Assembly: GCA_037135035.1 (NCBI GenBank)
Contig: JBAXLB010000001.1
Coordinates: 23,102 to 87,101 of the forward strand
Reading direction: 5' to 3'
DNA: 64,000 bases
DNA from: Candidatus Adlerbacteria bacterium
GTDB lineage: Bacteria > Patescibacteriota > Minisyncoccia > Phycocordibacterales > SBAW01
The notes under the pieces were generated by a model. The model was not told the origin of the DNA, did not search any database, and saw nothing but the letters and a program-made list of their open reading frames with translations. Both the position numbers and the translations under genes were made by a program. The first letter of the stretch is position 1. Each line of letters begins with the position of its first letter. Shown piece after piece: positions 21,801 to 30,934 of this stretch.

Positions 21801-24800
21801 TGGATGGGGACTCGACGCAACGGGCGGCGGCTCGGGTGGAGGGAGCTGGTCTACAACGACGTCACAAGTTGCGGGTGAACTTATAAACTACTCAAACAAT
21901 TCGACTGACATTGTAACTATTGGTAACAACGCAACAACTAGTGCAGCGTTTTGGTTTGACCCGACGGCTCTTGTCGGATACATCTCAAATAAATTGGGCA
22001 TTGGTACGTCCACTCCCTCACAAGCGCTTTCAGTACAAGGCAACAGTTATGTCTCGGGAACGTCCTTCTTTGGTGGGGCAGTGACAGCAACATCGACGCT
22101 TAACGTAACGGGGCTCTCTACACTAGGCTCTTTGAATGTTACTGGCGCAACCACACTCGCCACGTCACTCACGGGCCTCCTTAAGGCGTCATCAGGTGTT
22201 GTTTCAACCGCGGCATACACCGACTTCCCAACAATTGCTGCAGGCACAATACTTGCAAACGCAACAGGCGGGACTGCAGCACCTACGGCCGTTGCAACAT
22301 CAACGTTGTTTGGTACAGGCACGGGTGGCCAAGTACTTACCTGGTCTGCAGGAGTTCCTACATGGGCTGCTACCACCACCTACAGCGCACCACTTGTCTT
22401 TTCAAACGGAAACGTAAGTTGTACGGCTGCCTCGGCCGGTGTTGCGGGCTGCCTTAGCGGTACCGATTGGAGTACATTCAACAACAAACAAGCAACAATT
22501 GCTGCGGCATGGCCTATTACACTTACGGGTGCAACAGTGGGCTTTAATGGCCTTTCAACCTCTACAGCCGCAGTTGTGGGCAACATCCCGTACTACTCAG
22601 GCGTAAACACATTCGCAAACGTTGCAACGTCTGCACCGGCAATTGGTTCGGTACTTACATACTCAGGCACATTGGGAAGCCTCGTGGGTGGTGTAGGAGG
22701 TACCTTCGGTATTGCAAACACGTCTATAACCAATGCAATGCTTGCAGGCTCCATTGCCTACAGCAAACTTGCGTTGACCGGCGCAATCTTGAACGCAGAC
22801 TTGGCAGGCAGTATTGCGTACAGCAAGCTCTCACTGACAGGTGCTATTTTGAACGCTGACCTAGCCGGAAGTATCGCTGCGTCAAAACTCGTTGGCACCG
22901 ATATAACTACTGTTGGCACAGTAACTTCGGGTACGTGGAGTGGTTCCTTTGGCACAGTATCGGGTGCAAACCTCACCAACCTCACCGCTGCAAATGTCAC
23001 GGGATCGCACACCCTCCCAGACGGGGTATTAAGCACGAATGTGCCTCTTTTGAACGCTGCAAATGCGTTTAGCAGTACGTTGAATGTTGCGGGTATCTCT
23101 ACCCTCGCAGGCGTTCTTTCAACGGCCTCATCTACCTTCACAAATTCTTTGCATATATCTTCACTTTCAGACGGAGCCCTCGCAGTCTTTGGCGGTCTCG
23201 TCTCATCAGGTGCAACTACAACTGCAGGCACTGGTCTTACATACAGTGGCAATGCATTTAACGTAAACAGCATACAAAGCATCAGCAGACTCTCGAACTT
23301 GGCAACAGCGGGCTTTGTAAAGACTGCAAGTGATGGAACGCTGTCAGTTGATACCAGTACCTACCTTACCTCGGCTGTCACCTCCGTCACCGGCACCTGG
23401 CCGATTATTTCTTCAGGCGGCAACACGCCAGCGATATCATTCGGCGGCCTCTCAACTTCCACAGCTGCAGTTGTCGGTAACATACCGTACTTCTCTGGTG
23501 CAAATACATTCGCAAATGTTGCAACTTCAGCCCCAGCTATCGGCTCCGTCGTAACATACTCAGGTACACTCGGCAGCTTTGTAGGAGGCGTAGGAGGTAC
23601 CTTCGGTATTGCAAACACGTCGATTACGAATGCGATGTTGGCAGGCTCCATTGCCTACAGCAAGTTGTCTTTGACTGGTGCAATTCTCAATGCCGATCTC
23701 GCGGGTTCGATTGCCTATAGCAAACTCTCATTAACAGGCGCAATACTTAACGCAGACTTGGCGGGCTCTATAGCTGCATCAAAATTGGTTGGTAGTGACA
23801 TTGCAACTGTAGGAACAATCGGCACTGGTGTATGGCAGGGAACTAAGATTGGTCTTGCATATGGCGGCACTAACGCAGACCTTTCTGCGACCGGTGGTGC
23901 ATCGCAAGTACTGCGCCAGTCATCATCAGGCGGTGCTATCACTGTCTCGCAACTTGCAGCGTCTGACCTTTCAAACGGTACGACTGGAAGTGGTGCAGTG
24001 GCTCTCGCAGGAAGTCCGACGTTCAGTGGCAATGCCGCATTTGGAAATGCATCGACCACACAAATAGGCTCAACAGGTAATGCGTATTTTGCGACAAGTG
24101 CAGGTAGTGTCGGTATTGGCACTACGACTCCAACCTCTGCACTTTCTGTCCAAGGTAATTCATATCATTCAGGTACTGCATTCTTTGGTGGAGCAATCAC
24201 TGCAACATCAACGCTTACTCTTTCGGCACTTTCAAACGGAGCCCTCGCAGTCTTTGGCGGTCTCGTCTCATCAGGTGCAACTACAACTGCAGGCACTGGT
24301 CTTACATACACAGGTAATGCATTTAACGTAAATACAACACAGAATGTTGCAAAACTTTCAAACCTCACAACAAACGGTTTTGTAAAAACAAGCGGCAGCG
24401 ACGGAACATTGTCTGTAGACACAAGCACGTATTTGACGAGCGCACTCACATCAATTGGCCCTACAGGACAGACAACAACAGGTCCTGCAGTAACGTTTGC
24501 ATCATCAACGACAGGTACTGACTTTACTATCACAGGATCTGGCTCAACACTAACCTTTAACCTACCAACTGCCTCGGCTTCTAACCGCGGACTTCTCTCG
24601 AGTACTGACTGGACGACCTTCAACAACAAGGGTTCAGGTACGGTCACTGCGGTTTCTGTCGCATCTGCAAACGGCTTTGCGGGCTCGTCGTCTGGTGGTG
24701 CAACGCCGGCACTTACGCTTACAACAACAGTTACAGGACTCTTGAAAGGAAACGGCACTGCAATTTCTGCAGCAGCCCTCACAGATTTCCCAGCAATTGC

Positions 24801-27003
24801 CGCAAACACGGTGCTTGCAAACAATACCTCCGGCTCTGCGGCACCGACCGCCATTGCGACGTCGTCGTTGTTCCAAAATGCGAGCGCAACACTCTCTGGC
24901 CTTTTGACATCAACCGACTGGACGACCTTTAATAACAAAGGTTCGGGCACGGTCACTTCGGTTACTGGCACCTGGCCTATCATCTCGTCAGGTGGTGCAA
25001 CACCAGCAATCTCCTTCGGTGGCCTCTCAACATCAACTGCCGCAGTCGTGGGCAATATCCCGTACTTCTCTGGAGTAAATACATTCGCAAACGTTGCAAC
25101 AACAGCACCGGCCATTGGCTCAGTGCTCACATATTCGGGAACCCTAGGAAGCCTTGTAGGCGGAGTAGGTGGTACCTTCGGTATCGCAAATACATCGATC
25201 ACCAACGCGATGCTTGCAGGCTCAATTGCCTACAGCAAGCTCTCACTGACAGGTGCTATTTTGAACGCTGACCTAGCCGGAAGTATCGCTGCGTCAAAAC
25301 TCGTTGGCACCGATATAACTACTGTTGGCACCATTACTTCCGGTACCTGGAGTGGTTCGTTTGGTGCAGTCAGCGGCGCAAACTTGACCAACCTGACCGC
25401 TGCAAATGTTACTGGTTCTCACACACTTTCGGACGGGGTACTAAGTACCAATGTGCCACTTTTGAACGTGGCAAATACATTTAGTAGTACGGGAATTACG
25501 TCCTTTGGAGGAAGTGTTGGCATTGTAACCACAAACCCGCTTGCAAAACTGGAAGTGGTAGGCTCATCGCAAGCTGCCACCGACCGCAGTACACATTTTG
25601 AGCTTTCAACCGGTACGGGTTTGCTCACAGACGAAAAACTCGTCTTTGGTGTCCACGACGGCGACTACAGCTGGATCCAAGCTGTTAAGAACGGTACCGG
25701 ATACCGCAACTTGGCACTCGAACCAGGTGGCGGCAACGTTGGTATTGGTACCACTACGCCTGCAAGTAAATTATCGATAGAGGCTGCGGTAACAGCGGGT
25801 ACAGCTCCTGGTCTGTTGCTTAGCAATACAAATGGCTCTGTCGGGTCGGGTGCGGCAATTGATTTCTATTTTGGCGCATATAACAAGAGTTCTCGTATTT
25901 ACAGTTACGCCGTCAATGCCAATCAAGGGGATCTTCGTTTCGCTACAGCTAACGGAAGCAGTTTTGCAGATGCAATGACGATTCTCGGTAGTAATCAGTA
26001 TGTCGGTATTGGCAGCACATCGCCGTCGCGTGCAATGTCTATACAGTCGGCAGTGTCGACTGCACAGATGACAGTTGCGTACGACACCAGCCGCTATACC
26101 GACTTCCTGACAAATTCGACAGGTGACTTAACTATCACCCCACAAGGTCAAGATGCTACGCTCTACGACAGCAACTTGTGGATCTGCTCAGGTGTTGCAT
26201 GCCCAACAGGCACACCAACGGGTACGGGTAACATTATTGCCGAGACAAACATCGGCATCGGTACCACCACGCCGAAGTATCGCCTTACTATAGAGTCACA
26301 AAGCACTTCGGAAGACTTGTTCCAAATTGCAACATCGTCGAACCAAAAAGTATTTATCGTCGACCGGAACGGCAGTGTGGGTATAGGTACTACCACGCCA
26401 ACACGTCAGTTCTCCATCTCCGACAGGCTCTTTGTCGGTGCCGGGGGCGTAAGCGGCATGGGTACAGCAACCTCGACCTTTATGGGTGACATAAAAATCA
26501 CCGGTAAACTCGATGTTGGTACTATCGACCCGGTCTACACAATTGACGGCGTGAAGTATGCAACCTACGGTCACTCAACTGTTGGTATTAAAGAAGAGGC
26601 TGTCGAGGTGCTTGAAGTGACAAACAAAAACCCAAAGACCGGCAAATTTGAGATAAAGATTTCGTTTAAAGATCTCGACAAGGGTTCGGACCTCTGGCTC
26701 TTCTACCAAGTGACAGACTTCGGTACCAACTGGAAGAATTTGGTCATTAACCTCACGGCATCGTTTGACGGTAGTGTCTTCTACACCAAAGTACCAAACG
26801 AAGCAGCGGTTATAATCTCTACCTCGCAACCAGGGGAAGTGTCCGCTCGGTTTATTGCAAACCGCTACGACTCGAGCAAGTGGCCAAACATCCGCCCAGA
26901 CCAAAGTGGTCCGTATAAGGGCCATGAGCTTGAGACAAGTGCAGGGCAAGGTATGCCGCTGGGCACAGAGCCGATAAGCTCTGCGCTCGACGCAGCGCTT
27001 TAG
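18802..27003 (+). CDS. Giant (2733 aa) Gly/Ser/Thr/Ala-rich surface fibre/adhesin with N-terminal HTH and TM anchor
   Basis: N-terminal LSARKVAERLGCAQDYVSKLCREGKLAGKQIDGAWFI; TM near aa 105-122; shuffled internal modules; multiple (N/S)VGIGTTTP fibre motifs; start is TTG 18802 or ATG 18835. Confidence 0.8.
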   Translation: MNTLLSQHGEQMLSARKVAERLGCAQDYVSKLCREGKLAGKQIDGAWFIEQESISTFEKMREVAKIARAEALADQRRKENKEYQIQRAGEFKKQFFARAVGAVRTGVFFAAGSALLLGSVVFAGEHGKVNTVQETAAHTQQVGTSVAQHSALFFGTPTTSVALSAAVGETAAAAVGSFFSRVISYFFAAPAAHYVVAPENPTAYVPQQVTETQSSAPGPGAPVAPTKTVVVQQNTYPVIQRTLERVVSVGGISDAELTDRLNQLNNKLQSQISTIANPGYGSPRGNFDFSQAVNNLSNVTVHGVSGLTDADIPDTISLSGVTIGGATISSFTGTGLSVVNGVLTASGGSGFSTTSADYYVNASSTIPKTYSDNVFTGGNIFGNSTTTNATTTNLYIAGSVRGGGLTTSCIGSGDKIIWDATTGQFGCGTDAGGSGSGISGLKAQYGTAQTGATQTLATSTSGTDFTITSAGDIHTFNLPSASASNRGLLTAADFTTFNSKQSALSFAYPLLNSAGTISLAFSTTTANTWSALQTFTSGFLAAASSTVNNTLAVTGATTLGSTLNVLGQTTLATSLSGLLKATAGVVSTATAGVDYLTSANVFSYLFPGNATSTQLTFNGGFLSTASSTINSTFHIGGLSDGALAVFGGLVSSGATTTAGTGLTYSGNAFNVNSIQSISKLSNLASAGFVKTSSDGTLSVDTATYLTSALTSIGPAGQTTTGAAVTLASSTAGTDFTITGSGSTLTFNLPTASASNRGLLSSTDWNTFNNKGNVGYPFALSGNATSTLTQFNAGLTAFASSTIGSGTQSGGLTIFGGATTTANAYFGAAITGATTFTLPTLGTAAGAFLAVDANGQIIATTTPSGGGGGSGTVTNIATIYPLLGGPITNTGTLSLAFGTTTANIWGSLQTFSAGFLAAASSTVNGTFVVTGQTTLASSLNGPLQANQGLVSATSSVGTLYGGTGVTSYTTGDILYADATNHLAKLGIGSTGSVLKVAGGLPGWGLDATGGGSGGGSWSTTTSQVAGELINYSNNSTDIVTIGNNATTSAAFWFDPTALVGYISNKLGIGTSTPSQALSVQGNSYVSGTSFFGGAVTATSTLNVTGLSTLGSLNVTGATTLATSLTGLLKASSGVVSTAAYTDFPTIAAGTILANATGGTAAPTAVATSTLFGTGTGGQVLTWSAGVPTWAATTTYSAPLVFSNGNVSCTAASAGVAGCLSGTDWSTFNNKQATIAAAWPITLTGATVGFNGLSTSTAAVVGNIPYYSGVNTFANVATSAPAIGSVLTYSGTLGSLVGGVGGTFGIANTSITNAMLAGSIAYSKLALTGAILNADLAGSIAYSKLSLTGAILNADLAGSIAASKLVGTDITTVGTVTSGTWSGSFGTVSGANLTNLTAANVTGSHTLPDGVLSTNVPLLNAANAFSSTLNVAGISTLAGVLSTASSTFTNSLHISSLSDGALAVFGGLVSSGATTTAGTGLTYSGNAFNVNSIQSISRLSNLATAGFVKTASDGTLSVDTSTYLTSAVTSVTGTWPIISSGGNTPAISFGGLSTSTAAVVGNIPYFSGANTFANVATSAPAIGSVVTYSGTLGSFVGGVGGTFGIANTSITNAMLAGSIAYSKLSLTGAILNADLAGSIAYSKLSLTGAILNADLAGSIAASKLVGSDIATVGTIGTGVWQGTKIGLAYGGTNADLSATGGASQVLRQSSSGGAITVSQLAASDLSNGTTGSGAVALAGSPTFSGNAAFGNASTTQIGSTGNAYFATSAGSVGIGTTTPTSALSVQGNSYHSGTAFFGGAITATSTLTLSALSNGALAVFGGLVSSGATTTAGTGLTYTGNAFNVNTTQNVAKLSNLTTNGFVKTSGSDGTLSVDTSTYLTSALTSIGPTGQTTTGPAVTFASSTTGTDFTITGSGSTLTFNLPTASASNRGLLSSTDWTTFNNKGSGTVTAVSVASANGFAGSSSGGATPALTLTTTVTGLLKGNGTAISAAALTDFPAIAANTVLANNTSGSAAPTAIATSSLFQNASATLSGLLTSTDWTTFNNKGSGTVTSVTGTWPIISSGGATPAISFGGLSTSTAAVVGNIPYFSGVNTFANVATTAPAIGSVLTYSGTLGSLVGGVGGTFGIANTSITNAMLAGSIAYSKLSLTGAILNADLAGSIAASKLVGTDITTVGTITSGTWSGSFGAVSGANLTNLTAANVTGSHTLSDGVLSTNVPLLNVANTFSSTGITSFGGSVGIVTTNPLAKLEVVGSSQAATDRSTHFELSTGTGLLTDEKLVFGVHDGDYSWIQAVKNGTGYRNLALEPGGGNVGIGTTTPASKLSIEAAVTAGTAPGLLLSNTNGSVGSGAAIDFYFGAYNKSSRIYSYAVNANQGDLRFATANGSSFADAMTILGSNQYVGIGSTSPSRAMSIQSAVSTAQMTVAYDTSRYTDFLTNSTGDLTITPQGQDATLYDSNLWICSGVACPTGTPTGTGNIIAETNIGIGTTTPKYRLTIESQSTSEDLFQIATSSNQKVFIVDRNGSVGIGTTTPTRQFSISDRLFVGAGGVSGMGTATSTFMGDIKITGKLDVGTIDPVYTIDGVKYATYGHSTVGIKEEAVEVLEVTNKNPKTGKFEIKISFKDLDKGSDLWLFYQVTDFGTNWKNLVINLTASFDGSVFYTKVPNEAAVIISTSQPGEVSARFIANRYDSSKWPNIRPDQSGPYKGHELETSAGQGMPLGTEPISSALDAAL
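22819..25331 (+). repeat. Identical intragenic direct repeats (22819-22919 = 25231-25331; 23171-23245 = 24236-24310)
   Basis: Base-by-base comparison of the repeat modules in the giant gene. Confidence 0.8.
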
Positions 27004-27016
27004 AAATAGGTACCTT

Positions 27017-27919
27017 TTATTTCGCTGCTTTTGGATTGTTCTTAAAAAAGTCCCAGGCTCGGTCGGTAGCGGCTGCAGTGTATGTGTGCGCGAGCCCTGT
27101 AATATATATGCCGCGTACTTCAGTGCTACTAGCACACGACACAAAAGTTTCTGTCCGTACGCCTTGATCGTTGCGTTGCTCGGCAGGGGTAGGACAATGT
27201 TCAAACGCTGCCCATAGTGCAACAGGATTTTTTGCAGGAATAGGTTCTTGCCGAGTTTTTGCTTGCGGCATTGGGTCGGATGTCCCAACGATAGAAAGGA
27301 GAGATATCGGGTTTTGTGGGGCAGGGAAGGATGTATACAAAAGGCCTGCAACAGGTGCTATGGCTGCGAGTGTGTCCGAGAGCTCACTCCCTAAACGGTA
27401 GGCAAATGTAGCGCCGTTTGAAAAACCAGTGGCAAATATGTGTTCCCGATTAACGTTGTTACTAAAAGTAATATCGCCGAGTATTGCACGTACATAGGCA
27501 ATGTCGTCCACACCGTCGTGCGTAATAGGGGGAATGTTTGCACCCACATGCCACAGGCGGATATTACGCGCTGGGTCGCCCAGCGTGAGGTTGAGAGGCT
27601 TCCTAGGGTCTTCCAGCGTGCCTTGTGCAAACACTACAATAAAGCCTTCGCGCTGTGCTTTTTCCTTCCAGCCCGAATACTGCGCCATCAGTTCAGCAGA
27701 GCCAAGTGGCCCGCCGCCGCCATGGAACACTAGTACCACGGGGAGAGATGAACTTGTGTGTTGTGGTGCGTAGATTAAATATTCACGCTCAAGATTTTGA
27801 ACGTGTATAGAAACAGTACGAAGTGTGTACGAGTTTGAGAACAGAAAAAAATATAGTGCGCATGCACTACTTGCGAGGAGTACTGCGGCAGAAATAAAAA
27901 TAATGTGTGTTCGTGTCAT
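27017..27919 (-). CDS. Membrane-anchored alpha/beta hydrolase (PHB depolymerase/LpqC-like esterase)
   Basis: VFHGGGG, DDIAYV, GFSNG nucleophile elbow, GTSDP and GLAH motifs; N-terminal TM. Confidence 0.85.
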   Translation of the reverse strand: MTRTHIIFISAAVLLASSACALYFFLFSNSYTLRTVSIHVQNLEREYLIYAPQHTSSSLPVVLVFHGGGGPLGSAELMAQYSGWKEKAQREGFIVVFAQGTLEDPRKPLNLTLGDPARNIRLWHVGANIPPITHDGVDDIAYVRAILGDITFSNNVNREHIFATGFSNGATFAYRLGSELSDTLAAIAPVAGLLYTSFPAPQNPISLLSIVGTSDPMPQAKTRQEPIPAKNPVALWAAFEHCPTPAEQRNDQGVRTETFVSCASSTEVRGIYITGLAHTYTAAATDRAWDFFKNNPKAAK

Positions 27920-28875
27920 CGCAGAATTTTTTTAAACATCACATCAAGCACCGGCAGGCTGCACAGAAATTCTTTTACAGAAGTTTTTGCAGGTGCAAAA
28001 GGCGACGCGAGTAGTAGCAGTGACCACAAAAATATATGGGACACAAACCCAATGTTTATCACTAAGTAATTACCTACATGGAAGAGTATAAGCAGTAGTC
28101 CCCAGGTGCGATGCAGCTTTGGGCGAAATGCGACAAAAAAAGAAAAAAGTAATAAGTAGAGGGTAAAAAGGTACCACGGGTATATAAGCAGGTAGTGTTC
28201 GACTGCCCAAGGCCCAAGCGCCGTGTGCACACCCGTAAGCAGCTGCCGGTCGGCGATTTGGAGCGCTGCCGAATGGAGCCCGAAAAAGTTTGACTGCCCG
28301 GCTACTATCTGTGCCGCGGCACCATAGAGTTTGCCGAGCCCGCCCATTGTGTAGGTAAGCAGGTTTTCCACCTGGACAGCAAAAAAAACGAGTAAAAATT
28401 TCATCCGTACAACAACAGGTGCGTCAGTTTTTTCGTATCCGTATGGCAAAAAAATAAATAAAAACGATGTGAGCAGCAACCCATATCCGTCTACGTCGAG
28501 CTGCAGTATCGATATATAAAGCGCGCAAAATTCAAACAACGCCAGGAACGAAAGTATGCGCGCAAGACGCCAGTGGGGCTTCCACGCAGCAAGTATGCTG
28601 GTGGTGATAAAAAATACTCGCACGCACGCATATGCTGTGGCGAAGCCGATAAGAGGGAACCAGCGTATAGGCCAGGGTGTTTCTATTTGGGTCTGCGCGC
28701 CAAATGATGTGTCCCAGGTAAAAAGTGCAACAGAAATAAAGAGCAGGAAAAAATAATACATCTGCACTACCGTGCGTGCAGAAAAAAACACCTGCATGTC
28801 TGCGGCATAGTGTTCAAGACGTCGGAGGGGCGAGTCTTTAAAAATATATTCGCGTAGTTGAACTAGATATTTCAT
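27916..28875 (-). CDS. HTTM-like polytopic membrane protein
   Basis: Several TM helices with YTMGGLGKL and FHVGNYLVINIGF, resembling HTTM/SdpB-like motifs. Confidence 0.55.
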   Translation of the reverse strand: MKYLVQLREYIFKDSPLRRLEHYAADMQVFFSARTVVQMYYFFLLFISVALFTWDTSFGAQTQIETPWPIRWFPLIGFATAYACVRVFFITTSILAAWKPHWRLARILSFLALFEFCALYISILQLDVDGYGLLLTSFLFIFLPYGYEKTDAPVVVRMKFLLVFFAVQVENLLTYTMGGLGKLYGAAAQIVAGQSNFFGLHSAALQIADRQLLTGVHTALGPWAVEHYLLIYPWYLFTLYLLLFSFFVAFRPKLHRTWGLLLILFHVGNYLVINIGFVSHIFLWSLLLLASPFAPAKTSVKEFLCSLPVLDVMFKKILR

Positions 28876-29369
28876 GGTGTGTGGTATGTGCCTAATATGT
28901 CGACGCGTTCAAGTGCTCCTGTTTTAAAGCGCTCTATGGGGTCGTAAGTTATTTTAACCACTTGCCAGGAAAGATCTTTTGGAAAATACGCGGCTTCGAG
29001 CTCTGCTCGTACTACGTCGGCCCCTGCAGTGTCGCCCGCCACAAGGGCTTTCCCCAAACGGCGGATACCATCGCGTGCGCGGTTTGTCTGTGCGTCTCCA
29101 ATAATGTCATTCGCTTCGCCAAATAATTCTGGGGGAGTGAGTGCTTTTCCTTTATACGTTACAAGCCGCACGGTGTACTGCGTGCTGAAGTGTTCGTTTG
29201 GGACAAGTGCAAATAAAAACCAATGAAAAAAAGGTGGGAAGCTTTTGTCGTGTGCTGAAGAAAAAAGGAAAAAAGTAGAAAGTCCAATAACAAAATAAAG
29301 CCCTAAAAATATACTCAGTAGTGTCCGCAGTCGCGATACCTCGTGAGTGTCTTTGGGAGAGAGGTTCAT
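28872..29369 (-). CDS. Single-TM partner of the HTTM protein
   Basis: TM followed by FPPFFHWFLF; 4-bp overlap with the HTTM gene; start moved to ATG 29369 to avoid the divergent gene. Confidence 0.55.
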   Translation of the reverse strand: MNLSPKDTHEVSRLRTLLSIFLGLYFVIGLSTFFLFSSAHDKSFPPFFHWFLFALVPNEHFSTQYTVRLVTYKGKALTPPELFGEANDIIGDAQTNRARDGIRRLGKALVAGDTAGADVVRAELEAAYFPKDLSWQVVKITYDPIERFKTGALERVDILGTYHTP

Positions 29370-29403
29370 GCGTAAGAGAATAGCATGCGCTACACTGGAC
29401 TGC

Positions 29404-30918
29404 ATGCGCTGGAAGTACGCGACTTTTTTTGTGTGTTTAATGATAGTCTCTGGCTTGTGTGGATACGGCATATACGCCTATATGCATCGGGGGCCGCTCG
29501 ACTTAACCGGCCAGAGCACTGTTACTATTACCCTTACAAAAAACGGTTTTGTTCCAAATGAGATATACATTAATCGGGGCACAACTGTTGTGTTTAATAC
29601 AACAGCAGGAAACCCGTTTTGGCCCGCGTCTGACTTGCATCCATTCCACACTATATATTCCGCATTTGACCCCAAGGGCCCAGTTGCTGCCACAAGCACC
29701 TGGAGTTTTACGTTCGACAAAGATGGACACTGGAGCTTTCATGACCACATAGGCTTGGCGACCGGTGTGATTATTGTGGTACCTCCTGGTGCTACAGGAG
29801 ACGCAAAATACGATGTGCTTGGGGTCTGTGATGAGCCAGAACAAAGCGGACGTGCGGCATGTTACCGCCAACACATATTGCTTGCGCTTGATAAAAAAGG
29901 TTTGGATGGTGCGATGAATGAAGTGGCATCTGTGTATCAAAACTATCCGGAGTTCCGCCCAGAATGCCATTCGTTTTTGCATGACCTGGGGCTTATGGCA
30001 TATAAAAAGTATGGCGAGCATGTTCCTCCGGCCAATACTATGTATTGCGGGCAAGGGTTCTATCACGGTTACTTAGAAAGTTTTCTTATGGAGCGACATG
30101 GCGATATAAAACCAGCACTTGCATTTTGTACAGCAGAAGCTAAACGACTTGGCGAAAAAACTGTTGCGGGTTTGCAGTGCATGCACGGCATTGGACACAG
30201 CGTTATGGAATATTTGCTTACGACACGTCCTGACCTAAGTAACAACAGCAGGAATCTACAAATACTTCTGGGTCTGGGAGTTGCCGAATGTGCCGCGATG
30301 CCTTCCCCAGAAGGGAAGTTCCGTTGTGCGGACGGGGCGTTCGACGTATTTAAAGCATGGGTCAATGTTCAGAGTTTACAGACTGTCTATACAGATGTTT
30401 TTTCGCTCGACCACCCCTTTGCGTTGTGTACACCTTTGCACGAAACATGGCAGAGGGATGCTTGCGTATGGGAAATGGCAAAAGAAACACTTGTTATTGC
30501 TAACCATAATACGCGCACCTCACTGCAGTCGGTTATGCGTGCTGCGCGCACGTGGTTAGATGGGACATACATGTTTTCTGCAATAACAAGCGTTGCGTTT
30601 GTTTCAGCCGCAAACAATGTCGACATGTCGGATAAAAAACTTGTAGGGCTATGTGCCTCTGTTGTTGATACAACGCTCCATTCATATTGTATTGCTGGCC
30701 TTCTGCGCGGAGTTGTTTTTAACGGCGCGCCGGGAACTGAAGGTGCGCGAGGCGCGGAGTTGTGTCACGTACGTACACTCACGTCAGGTGAAAAAACGCT
30801 CTGTGCCAAGACACTTGTTACGACTCTTGTAAATAACTATGGCGAAGTGGCCCGTGCTGCGGCATGTGCCCTCGTAGCGGATATTCCCGGAACGGACAAA
30901 CTCTGTACACCACAGTAG
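29404..30918 (+). CDS. Cupredoxin-like domain fused to Cys/His-motif helical domain (paralog 1)
   Basis: GFVPNEIYINRGTTVVF..WPASDLHPFH..WSFHDH, then CHSFLHDLG, CGQGFYHG, CMHGIGH; TACACT 7 nt before ATG 29404. Confidence 0.7.
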   Translation: MRWKYATFFVCLMIVSGLCGYGIYAYMHRGPLDLTGQSTVTITLTKNGFVPNEIYINRGTTVVFNTTAGNPFWPASDLHPFHTIYSAFDPKGPVAATSTWSFTFDKDGHWSFHDHIGLATGVIIVVPPGATGDAKYDVLGVCDEPEQSGRAACYRQHILLALDKKGLDGAMNEVASVYQNYPEFRPECHSFLHDLGLMAYKKYGEHVPPANTMYCGQGFYHGYLESFLMERHGDIKPALAFCTAEAKRLGEKTVAGLQCMHGIGHSVMEYLLTTRPDLSNNSRNLQILLGLGVAECAAMPSPEGKFRCADGAFDVFKAWVNVQSLQTVYTDVFSLDHPFALCTPLHETWQRDACVWEMAKETLVIANHNTRTSLQSVMRAARTWLDGTYMFSAITSVAFVSAANNVDMSDKKLVGLCASVVDTTLHSYCIAGLLRGVVFNGAPGTEGARGAELCHVRTLTSGEKTLCAKTLVTTLVNNYGEVARAAACALVADIPGTDKLCTPQ

Positions 30919-30934
30919 GGCATGAGTACAATGA

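Noticed and set aside
19875-25205. Long antisense ORFs (190-346 aa) in the giant gene, and similar ones opposite secA, ccdA, prfA and tsf
   Set aside because: Shadow frames caused by codon bias of the real genes; no recognisable motifs
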